In this document: positions 52,791 through 64,000 of the stretch, one piece after another
How the letters are laid out: each line of letters begins with the position of its first letter
How positions within the stretch are numbered: position 1 is the first letter of the stretch
Assembly (NCBI GenBank): GCA_951406725.2
Contig: OX597830.1
Span: 48,794,001-48,858,000, forward strand
Length of the DNA stretch: 64,000 bases
DNA from: Octopus vulgaris
Lineage: Eukaryota
Direction: 5' to 3'
The notes under the pieces: model-generated
Databases searched by the model: none
Seen by the model: only the letters and a program-made list of their open reading frames with translations
Told to the model about the DNA's origin: nothing
Made by a program: the position numbers and the translations under genes

Positions 52791-55125
52791 AGTTTCAAGG
52801 AAATTTGATGAATGTTTCGAGTACATTGTAGAGCTGGGATCGAACCTTTATGATATAAATAGTCGAAACCGGTCTTTTATAATAAAAATAAGGTGAAACT
52901 CTGTATTAGTTTGAATTCCATAATCGCTCAAGTACTTTTACTGCAGTTAATTCATCTCCTTATTGTCTCAAATACGTTGTTTTCCAAAATAACCAAAATA
53001 TTTTCATTTACACAGAAAATATCAGAAGTTTTTAAGCATGTCTCTCATTTAAATTAATGGCGAAGTTTCAATAGTTGTATAGAAAACTTCACATCAGTCT
53101 TATATTTAATCTCCTCATTGTTTTCTCTCAGATAAACCAGAACCATTTGCTCTTCCAGTTTTCAAACAATTCTTGAGTTTCAAGAATTTCAGGTCCGACG
53201 ATCATTTATTTGACTTCAAACAGTTATGCGACAATCAAAGCATTATTCTACGTTCATGAATTTACGTTGCAAGATCCCTGATGTGAAACCGTGTGTCGAA
53301 ACATTGTATTTCGGGACGGTCATTTTTTTTCAAATAAACACACGCACTGTATATTCATTCCTCACTCATTTATTACTGTTCTTATTCTAACCCATGACTA
53401 TTGTCCGGAAATCTTTCGTCACACACCTATGACCCCTTCAGCGACACTTTCCGTCCTCGTCTGTGCTCCTGCTCCGCTTAGTCCATTCTATTCTTCTATA
53501 TACGCATGCATTTGCATCATTATTCTTTGTTTCTAAAGGCGTCGAGCTGGTAGAATCGTTACCTCACCGGACAAAATGCGTAGCACTATTTCTTCTGACT
53601 CTTTACATCCAAAGTTCAAATGCTGTCGAGGTTGGCTTCGCTTTTCATTCTTTTGCAGTCAATGAAATAAGCTCTAATTGAGCACCGAGATCGGTGTAGT
53701 CGACTTATTTTCTCCCGTACAATTGCTAGCATTGTGTCAAAATTTGAAACCAATATTCTTTGTCTGCTCACGCAAGATTTTGGTTAATTTAAAGATAGCG
53801 ATCTAATCCTAGTCATTATCCAATAATTTCTTTTGTTAAGAACGAAAATTTGTAAATAATTTGATAAAGTTATTTTTCCATATAGAAACTAACATCTCAT
53901 TAATTGGGAAGAATAACTGATAAGGACACTGCAATGTTATTCATTATTCTGATTTTTGTCTAAGATTTCAAAAGCTGAGATCCTCAAACACCAAATTCTC
54001 ATATTTTCAATTGTTAGTGTCAAGGAAATATCAATTCTCAGATTTCTTTTGCTTTAGACATGGAACCCATGATGTTGTGAGGATATTTATCTTGACTATT
54101 CCTACAGACCGGACGTGGAATTGAACTCAGAACTAAACGTTATACTTTGCTCTCCCTCTTGTCAAGATTTAATCCCTCGAAAAGGATTAAATCTTACTAA
54201 ACTCGGTTATTGTATAGATGCAGTGTGTTGATAAAAAAAGAACCACACTATTTTCTTGGTTGTTCACTATCTTTTAGAGTCGGGTATCTGTGTTTCTGGA
54301 GAGAATGACGATAAACTAAAAATATATTATTATCAATCACTCTTAACTTTTATTTCTTTGATGTTCACATAGAAACGGTTCGAAGCTGACATTTTCAAAA
54401 TGGTTTAGCTGTGACTGAGCACTCCCACTAACACTTTTATGCATGTTTAATCATGAGAAATGGAAAAATAAAGCAAACAAGGGAATAAGTTTTGACAGCT
54501 AAAGTGCTGAAATTGATAAATAAACGATGTGGAACTTATATTTATCCATTGTATGACACTTTTAAGGAAACGGAGATGTATGAAGAGATTAATTGGAACA
54601 GTTGTACGGTTTTGTGTTGTTATCTTAATGTCCTCGTCAAAACTCAAATGCGGACGTTAATTCCAATCACTCGATTATGTCCACATTGAAGAAGAACAGA
54701 GAAAAGACTAAGTTTGTAAATATGTCATTAGTCTGTGGGTGTTCAAGGATACTTCTTGTCATAGGTCTGTCACTGAGCAAGTTTGTAGTTGGATCTAATG
54801 TATTTACTGTTCCAGTGAAGACCGTCCGAAGTGACTCCTTTAAAGTTTAGTTGATCAAAGATGGTGGATCAGCAAAAATTATATTTTTATGACATTTCAT
54901 GTCTCTTCGTTATGACTTCAAGACCTATTGTAGTCATGTCTGCATCTCACCAATCTAAGGTACGAGATAAAGATACCTAGCACGTATTGTGGTTGATTTT
55001 GCAGTCCATTTGTCGCATTATGCCAATATGAAGTTCTTGTGCCAATAGTAGATAGAATTATGCCAATATGAAAATTTAAAACAGCACCTCGTTATTATCA
55101 TCATCATCATCATCATCATCGTTGT

Positions 55126-55181
<56 letters not shown>

Positions 55182-55189
55182 GTATTACG

Positions 55190-55403
55190 AAAGTGGCGAG
55201 CTGGCAGAACCGTTAGCACGCTGGACGAAATGCATAGTGGTATTTCGCCTGTCGTTACGTTCTGAGTTCAAATTCCGTCGAGAACGACTTCGCCTTTCAT
55301 CCTTTCAAGGTCAATGAATTAAATACCAGTGAAACACCGGGGTCGATGTAATTGACTAGTCCCTTTCCCACCAAATTTTAAGGCCTTGTACCTCCAGTAG
55401 AAA

Positions 55404-55405
<2 letters not shown>
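55190..55405 (+). mobile_element. SINE A-related copy between (CAT)n(CTA)n and (TTA)n tracts
   Basis: gtggcgagctggcagaaccgttagcacg head and family core. Confidence 0.8.
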
Positions 55406-55486
<81 letters not shown>

Positions 55487-55489
<3 letters not shown>

Positions 55490-56295
55490 TAGTTTTATTT
55501 TTATAGCGTGCTTTCACTTCACTATCGAGCGCAGCTCTGTGTGCCTTGGGTATGTGCTGTGATTTGTTGTGATGCTCTGATGGTTATTGTATGGAAAGTG
55601 TTCTGCGTAGGATGTGTGCAGTGCCTAGTAGTGCAATTTTCTGTATGTTATATGTGTTTGTAAGTCCTTGTGTTTTTGTTATGTATTTGTCTGAATATTT
55701 TTTTATCATGCCTAATGCACCTACTATGATAGGAATTGTTTCTGTTTTTAGATTCCACATTCTGGTTACCTCTATTTCCAGGTCTTTGTATTTTGAAAGT
55801 TTCTCCATTTCTTTTAGAGACACGTTGTCATCTGCCGGTATTGATACATCAATTAGAAAGCATTTTTTTTTCATGATCTCTAACAACTAAATCTAGTCTG
55901 TTGGCCTTAATTTCTCTATCTGTGTGTATCGGCATATCCCAGAGTATGGTTGCTTTTTCGTTTTCTGTGACCTTTTCTGGTGTGTGCCTATACCATCTTT
56001 TTTCTGTTGTTATTCTATAATGTTGGCATAGCTTCTAGTGTATGTAGGTTCCAACTCTGTCATGTCTGTGAATATATTCCTTCTTAGCCAGGACTGAGCA
56101 GCCAGAAATAATATGATTTATTGTTTCTTGTCCATCTCCCCATATTCTGCAGTTACTTGTTATATTTCTTTTCATTACATGTTTTTGGTAATTTCTGGTG
56201 GGGAGGCTTTGGTCATGTGCTGCAATTAAAAATCCCTCTGTCTCTGCTTTGAGTCCTGAGCTTCTCAACCATTGCTGGGATTTTTCTTTGTCTAT
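55487..56295 (-). mobile_element. R4/Dong-clade RLE non-LTR retrotransposon, 5'-truncated copy 1
   Basis: GLKAETEGFLIAAHDQSLPTRNY, decayed CCHC knuckle CRIWG..ETINHIISGC, YIHRHD, LIDVSIP..KEMEKLSKYKDL..IQKIALLGTAHILRR; flanked by (TAA)n. Confidence 0.88.
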
Positions 56296-56302
56296 ATTAT
56301 TA

Positions 56303-56379
<77 letters not shown>

Positions 56380-56382
<3 letters not shown>

Positions 56383-56725
56383 TAGTTTTATTTTTATAAC
56401 GTGCTTTCACTTCACTACCGAGCGCAGCTCTGTGTGCCTTGGGTATGTGCTGTGATTTGTTGTGATGCTCTGATGGTTACTGTATTGAAAGTGTTCTGCG
56501 TAGAATGTGTGCAGTGCCTAGTAGTGCAATTTTCTGTATGGTATATGTGTTTGTAAGCCCTGGTGTTTTTGTTATGTATTTGTCTGAATATTTTTTTATC
56601 ATGCCTAATGCACCTACTATGATAGGAATTGTTTCTGTTTTTAGATTCCACATTCTAGTTACCTCTATTTCCAGGTCTTTGTATTTTGAAAGTTTCTCCA
56701 TTTCTTTTAGAGACACGTTGTCATC

Positions 56726-56727
<2 letters not shown>
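56380..56727 (-). mobile_element. R4/Dong-clade retrotransposon, 5'-truncated copy 2
   Basis: Near-identical to the 3' ~350 bp of copy 1; flanked by (TAA)n. Confidence 0.88.
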
Positions 56728-56806
<79 letters not shown>

Positions 56807-57223
56807 TATTATTCTTTGCCATGGTTCTGAAACCTAAACCATAATATGATTTCAGTTGGGCCTAAAATTAAAAAAAATAATTTTGTTTTATTGAGAAGAG
56901 AATTAATAAAATATTCTTGTACGTCTAGAGATGTTGAATACTGAATATAAATATTTCTGGCGACACTGGAGAAATACGTGATTAAAGTATGGGAGTCTTT
57001 CATTGGCAACACCGCAGGGATCATTAAAACTGTGAGTAAATATTTGATTGGTGTTTCACTTAAGAATGAACATCACTGCAAATCAGGTTTTGAGTTGGAA
57101 TAAATAATAGCTTTCTTTCAAGTGTTGATCTGTCGGAAAAATAATTTTGTACGTTGAGTGATTGCTTTTTAAGTGTTACTTTATTTTCTGGAGTGAAATT
57201 GTAGTTTCAAAATTTAATTTTAG

Positions 57224-57227
<4 letters not shown>

Positions 57228-57294
<67 letters not shown>

Positions 57295-57536
57295 TGCACA
57301 CATGCACACATACACTTAAACACACACACAAACATGCACACATACACATATACACATGCACACATACACACACACACATAAACACACAACAAGCATGCAC
57401 ACATACACACACACTATATATATATATGTGCATATATTTATGTATATACATCCATCTATTCACACATTCACACATATGTGCGCATATATATGCATATGTT
57501 TATATGAGATGATGCATATTGTATAAACATATGTAG

Positions 57537-57570
<34 letters not shown>

Positions 57571-57660
57571 TAAGGAGAAAGAGAGAGAGAGAGAGGTACA
57601 CACACATATATGTAAACATATTCACACAAACAGAAGTATATATCTAAATACATACATTGT
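57228..57660. repeat. (CA)n/(TA)n/(GA)n compound microsatellite
   Basis: Direct reading. Confidence 0.9.
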
Positions 57661-58069
57661 TAGACATAGATACACACCAGATGACAGAATTGTAAGATTC
57701 TTTCAGCTTGTCTAAAATGATTCCTGCTGACTAAAAATTAATTTCTTTTATAAAAAAAAATTTAGATTTTCAATGTTGTCAATGTCTGTCTTTCTAAGCA
57801 TGCTTATGCTATTTACGTATGTTTGTGATAGTTGTGTGGTTTAGACGCTGAATGCGAAACTACCTGGTTCTGTGTTCGATCCCAAGGGGGCATGGCCTTG
57901 GGCAAATGGCTTAGGCTGAAGCCTTTCAATGTATTACTCAAGCTTGCATGTTTAATACTTTGTGAGTGGAATTTTGTATCGAAGCCCGTCATGCATGCAT
58001 GTGTGTGTGTGTGCCTGCATGCTTACATATATGTATGAATGTATATATGTATGGATGTGTGTATACAAA

Positions 58070-58985
58070 TCTATATACTAATAAAAGTGAAGTTCAATCT
58101 TGCTTGTTTGCAATGTTACTCAGCCAAACTGGCGCATATTGGGGAAAATACTATGAATTAAGTTGTCCATGAAATGTTAATACGAACGGAATGAAATAAG
58201 TTACCAGTAAATCGGAGCAGTAGTTAGTGAGCTATTCGGGTTTGGGGGGTATAAATACCCAAAACAGTGCATAATGGGAAAATGTTCGGAATATAGCTTT
58301 ACCCTGAAAGGGAAGAAACTCTAAACTTTCGATTAGACAGTGATTTGAAACGAAAAACTATGATTTTTTTTATTTTACAGTAAATGTTTCTATTTTCGCT
58401 TTAGTTAAAAACAATAATTTAATCATTTAGAAATATTTTTAAGTGAATGTGATTTCAAAAATGTAAGTTATTTGTACAGTAAACAAGTATTTATATTTTA
58501 GCTTTCTTTAAACAGACAATATTTTAATGTTTATTTAAATTATTTTCAAGTGAATACCATTACAAAAATTCTTTTGGTATATCTAAAAAATATTTTAAAG
58601 TGACGATAACTTTAAAATACGGTAAATATTTCGTAAAAGACCAGTTCGTGACCTCGATGAAAAATAATTTTTTTCCACAGGTTTTTTTCGATGCATTCAA
58701 CGTTTCTCACCTCCAAAGATTTGGCTGCTATTTCTAGCATGCCCTGCTACCAGGTAACAGCCATTTGTGATAAAGGACCCGAAATACCTGTTATGTGGCC
58801 GCAAGAGATAGCAACCAAATCTTTCCTTTTCTGGTGAAAGGAGCCGTTTACGCGTGATTTCGATGTCACATTCGTTGAAAGCATGCAAACAAAATAACTG
58901 GGAAAGAAAAAACCCCACGAAACGAAACTCCGTTACTGGGAAACTCAGACTTTCCCGGTGACCCAACGGGTTATGAGTAGTCTAG
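58070..58985 (+). mobile_element. Non-autonomous Helitron, second family
   Basis: A|TCtatatactaataaaagtg start resembles the other Helitron 5' ends; 3' ccggtgacccaacggg hairpin-like region followed by CTAG|T. Confidence 0.65.
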
Positions 58986-59322
58986 TATAATATATATAGC
59001 TTGGTGATTTATTAAAAAATGCATTCATAATATGTATTTCATAATATGTAATTCGCATTATTGCGTAACCACACCATTTCATCAGGTGAAATTCATCCTC
59101 AAATCGGCGAAATGCATTCAATCTTCAAGTGAACTTGAGCTCATCTACTCAAAACCAGACATTTACATATATAAGCACATACAAATATTCTCACTTACAT
59201 GCATACTGAAGAACACTCTCAGGAGAAGCTGAATTCATATTTACACACAAACATACACACTCACATATACGCATGGAAAATACAAACACACACACATACA
59301 TACATACGTAATACATACATAC

Positions 59323-59372
<50 letters not shown>

Positions 59373-59419
59373 TATACATATACAAACGCACAGTAACGTA
59401 TATATGTACACACAAACAT

Positions 59420-59830
59420 AGGCGCAGGAGTGGCTGTGTGGTAAGTAGCTTGTTTACCAACCACATGGTTCCGGGTTCAGTCCCACTGCGTGGCATCTTG
59501 GGCAAGTGTCTTCTACTATAGCCTCGGGCCGACCAAAGCCTTGTGAGTGGATTTGGTAGACGGAAACTGAAAGAAGCCCGTCGTATATAATATATATATA
59601 TATATAAGCGTGTGTGTGTATGTGTGTCTGTGTTTGTCCCCCCTAGTATTGCTTGACACCCGATGCTGGTGTGTTTATGTCCCCGTTACTTAGCGGTTCG
59701 GCAAAAAGAGACCGATAGAATAAGTACTGGGCTTACAAAAAGAATAAGTCCCTGGGTCGAGTTGCTCGATTAAAGGCGGTGCTCCAGCATGGCCACAGTC
59801 AAATGACTGAAACAAGTAAAAGAGTAAAGA
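59420..59830 (+). mobile_element. Composite CORE-like SINE family B, near full length
   Basis: ggcgcaggagtggctgtgtggtaag A-box, ggttcagtccc B-box-like, cttgggcaagt core, internal (TA)n(TG)n and 3' module. Confidence 0.9.
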
Positions 59831-60978
59831 GTATACGCACACACGTTCTCTGTTTCTCTCACTTTCACCCCCACCCCACATGTCTTGAACCATGCTCCTA
59901 GGAGTTGAACTTATACATTCAAACAATAAAACAATTGTCTATTTTACAATATTTCCAATATTCACAACTGGATTATACATATCCCAAGTATGTACGTTTA
60001 ATTACATGTACCATATTGTCAATAACTGAATTTTTCGTCATGAATGTAGCGCAGTTATTGATAGAACACAGATTCCCAACTTTTAGATTGTGATTACTGG
60101 CCATCTGTGGTTAGGGAACCTTAAACCGTATTAACTCAGCCTTATACAGCACTCATATATAATAAAAACTGAAATAGAATTCCTCTTTAGTTTAGGATTT
60201 CAACTTTCACCTGCACATAAATCTCCACGAAGCATTACTTGACTGAAAACAATCTTGTACATACATGTCTAGCATCTACAAGAATGTTTCACTTAGCTAT
60301 GAGATATGCACCGTGAAAGCCATAAACACAGAATACTATATATTTGCAATGCAGCTATTATTTCAGTTTTACTGTTGCTGGTTCATCTTTCCTAACGATA
60401 TGATATCTATGGCTTGTCATTTCTTATGTTAATATTACTGTGATTGCTTGTTATTTGATGCAAGGAATAATCGTACTTTTAAGACGTAACCTGAACGTGA
60501 AATAATTTATCATCGTACCAGTTGGCATAAAAATATCGTTCTATACTTTTCACAGAACATCTTGGATTCGGTTATATTGGTGCAGTTTCTCGTAGCTGCT
60601 GGCGATGGTAAAGGAGGATGACTCATACATAGACTCAATGTTAAGTTTCCCTGATATCCCTACCTTCCCTTCGATGACATTTCACGAGAAAATAAGCGCT
60701 TGAGCTCGAATCTCGCACCTCTCCTCTTCGTTTTGAAACTTTAATAAATATGCAAAATGAAAAAAATTAAACCTGATTTTAAGATAAGGGTTGAAATAAA
60801 ATCAAAAATATAAAATATTACGCTGTATGTATAGGCGCTGGCATGGCATGTCAAAGACGCTTGCTTTGCAGTCACATAGTTTTTAAGTTCAGTCCCGTTT
60901 CGAAGTACTTTAGGCAAATGTCTTCTACTATATTTCTGGGCAGAATCTTCTAGGAGGAAACTGTGTAGAAGCCTGTCG

Positions 60979-61034
<56 letters not shown>

Positions 61035-61036
<2 letters not shown>

Positions 61037-61900
61037 CGATGTCTGATAACTGAGTAACCGGACTGTCGTTATAAGTTAAAGCACGCAGAGTAAATCCGCT
61101 GGGCAAAGATTGACTTTGAACTCCGCTGTGCATGCGCACTAAGTTTTAACGGTCTAGCTCACTTTCGCTGTTTACAGCAGAGCTTGAAGGAAGGGGTGTA
61201 GCGTGTGATCGTCGTATTGATCATGACAGAGAAAGTTGTTATGGGGATACCTGCTCAGAAGCCTACGCAAAGTTGCAGAGAGTGTATGGAGAGGAGTGTA
61301 TGTGCTGCACACAAGTGGTTCAGACGTTTCCAAGATGGCCGAAAAATGTCGATATTAAGGAACATTCTGGGAGGGCCGCAACCAGTAGAACTGAGAAAAA
61401 CATCGCAGATATGCGTGCAGCTGTGACATGAAATCGTCGAATCACTATCTGTGAGCTATCAGAGGATGTGCAGATTAATTACAGTTCAGTCCATTATCAC
61501 TAAAGATTTGGGTATGAGATGCATGTCTGCCAAGTTTGTACCAAAACTGCTTTCGGCTTATCAAAAAAGATACTCGGGTTTCAGTTGCACAAGATCTCTT
61601 TGATTGAGTTGAGAACAATGAAATCTTTTTGAAAACTTTGCGTAGGCCTCTGAGCAGGTAACACCAAGCTTTTGGCAAAATTTGATGCAGATTCTTTGTT
61701 CAACTTTCTGTTATGGTCAATGCGACGATCACCCAGTACACACGTTCCTTCCAAGCACTGCTGTAAACAGTGGAGGTGAGCTAGAACGTGAAGTTCAGTT
61801 GACATTGCTGTAGCGGGAGATTATTCTCTTTCCAAAGCACTGCCGTAGCATCTGCATTGTTTCTTTTGCAGTATGAGCAGTTGCCTCATCTTGCTGGAAC
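61035..61900 (+). mobile_element. Rearranged mariner relic (5' half plus an inverted 5' fragment)
   Basis: TIR-like tacgatgtctgataactgagtaaccggact; HKWFRRFQDGR; LGMRCMSAKFVPKLL. On the minus strand about 61645-61715 reads KVEQRICIKFCQKLG. Confidence 0.75.
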
Positions 61901-61914
61901 CATGTGTAAGATCT

Positions 61915-62306
61915 AACTTTGAATGACCTTCATGTTCCTCCGACTTGACTAGCCCGGGTTTTTTCTTGTGGGGCTACCTGGAAGAGAAGGTTTACGCCAA
62001 CAAACCGGAGACTCTGGTACAACTGAAGGAGAACACCAATAGAGAAATCAGAGAAGAGTCTGAAACTCTTGAGGGTGTTATGGTGCAAGTTTTGGAAAGA
62101 GCATGGGTGTGCGAAGCCGAAAATAGCTGCTGCTTAAGTGGTGTAATTTTTCATATGTGATGTAGTGGTGTTGCAAAATTTGACTGATGCATATTACTTT
62201 CCATTATGTCTTTTATATTGTTTCAAAAGTTCATGCATTTATTTGTAAAATTATTAAAAAGTTATTAAAAACTGAAACCCATCAGTGGCATTTGGGACAC
62301 CCTGTA
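61915..62306 (+). mobile_element. Tc1/mariner-superfamily 3' fragment with TIR
   Basis: PSCSSDLTSPGFFLWGYLEEKVYANKPETLVQLKENT (WPPRSPDL.P.DFFLWGYLK-like); ends tttgggacaccctg|TA. Confidence 0.8.
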
Positions 62307-62328
62307 CATACATACATTCATACATACA

Positions 62329-62361
<33 letters not shown>

Positions 62362-63873
62362 GTATATATATGCATTTCTGTATGTATGTATATATATGTA
62401 TTTATATATGTGTATATCTGTGTCTATGATTATATTATTTAACGTACACTGTATTAAAATGAGAGCTAGTAATGTTGAGACACGTAATTAAGCAGGTTTA
62501 TACGTTGTGCCTTGGGTCTCCAAGCAATCTTTTAGCTCTGGGTATATAGTTTGTTCTATTCGAAAAACTGAACTCTGGCACACGAGAAACAACGGGAAGA
62601 AACGTGTCTCAATGGCAAGAAACTGTTGGTAGCTCTTATTGATATACAGTGTGCATTAAATGATATTTACTCTCACTGGACGGAGACCTTTTTTTGTTGA
62701 TCCTACCCTAACGGAACAGTAAACTGAATATGAATATACATATATATATATATATATATATATGCATATATATATATATATATACATATATAATTTATGG
62801 GTGCGTGTGTTTGAGATATATAAGAATATAGATTGCGTGTGTTTGAGAGAGTCTATATAAGAATATAGAATGGCAAATAATGTATTAGAAGCTATACAAA
62901 CGTTCAACTTAATCATCATTTATAGTCCTGATATGGTCAAAGGTAAGATACACACGCGCACACAGACATATCCACACACATACGCGACTTTGTTCGAGTT
63001 TAGTTCCTTTTATGTCATCTTAATCATTCATGGTTTGTTTGGATAAATATCGTTCTTAAATCAATAAGTCTGTCAAGAGCTTCACGGCGTCATCGTCAGA
63101 ATGAAATGATACGTTGCTCACACGCTTGGCATTATGTACAAGAAGATCATGGAAATACGGATAAAATTAACAACGCAGGATTTACAAATTGTAGATTTTA
63201 AGCTTTGGTAAACTTCGTGATTTATTTTACATGTGCTGTATTTATGTGCTGATTGTGGGTTTGTATTTTGTTACTAGGAAATCTCTTAACGTTATCATCA
63301 TCAAAAACTTTTTAAAATAAAATTGTCCTAATTATGGCTTTCACGGTGCATATCTCATAGCTAAGTGAAACATTCGTGTAGATGCTAGACATGTACGTAT
63401 AAGATTGATCTAATATAGTTATGATCCATTACATCTATGATCTGGCATGTCAATGACCCATCATACCTACCTACGATTTATTATATCTGTGATCTATCAT
63501 ACATATGATCTATCATACATACTTAAGATCTAGCGTATGACCTAGCATACTTATGATTTGTCAGTTCTTCCCCCCTGATGACGGAAGTCAGTTTTATGGT
63601 AATACATCTATACGACAATTTACTGGTTGCATACCGATGACATCTTGCACATTTCATCTGCAAATTATGAACATGACGATTATTACAAAATTCCGAGCTT
63701 CTAGACACAGCTGGCGAGTTAAAAAGCTATGCCATTTCTCCTTAGAATTCTGCATTTTTTATGCTTTTTGTAAGTTCATCTCTCTCACTTTACCCTTTTC
63801 TCTCTCTCCCCCTCTCTCTCTTTATATATTTATGCCTGAACATTATGTGCTTATCTTCTGAATGTATTTAGTC

Positions 63874-63904
<31 letters not shown>

Positions 63905-64000
63905 TGTATGTATGTATGTATGTATGTATGTATGTATCTATATTTGTGTATCTATTTGTGAATATGTATGTTTATTTAGATATGTCAAGCATAATCGTGT

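Larger units (their letters stand above)
60250..63407. repeat. 76-bp long-range inverted repeat (60250-60325 and 63332-63407)
   Basis: Arms are reverse complements with 3 mismatches by inspection. Confidence 0.9.

Noticed and set aside
52322-52792. 156-aa hydrophobic ORF resembling a membrane protein
   Set aside because: Antisense shadow of an A-rich Penelope relic on the minus strand.

Overview
AT-rich, repeat-dense eukaryotic DNA. The SINE families and microsatellite load suggest an octopus (coleoid cephalopod) genome; this is inferred from recalled repeat families, not from a search. Two host genes are supported: the last three coding exons of an SLC35B1-type nucleotide-sugar/ER transporter (1851-4460, +) and an intact single-exon 820-aa RING/B-box/coiled-coil/NHL (TRIM-NHL) gene (29149-31611, +). 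The rest is transposon-derived: several tRNA-derived SINE families, mariner and Tc1 relics, non-autonomous Helitrons, a HERO-type relic, two tandem R4/Dong-type retrotransposon ends in (TAA)n, and Penelope-like fragments. The most notable structures are two long hairpin cassettes in (TA)n tracts, hammerhead-ribozyme-like motifs facing a microsatellite, SINE dimers that share one junction at four loci, a 76-bp inverted repeat spanning about 3.1 kb, and a ~290-bp direct repeat upstream of the TRIM gene. Repeat boundaries were read by eye and are approximate; family names come from remembered motifs.
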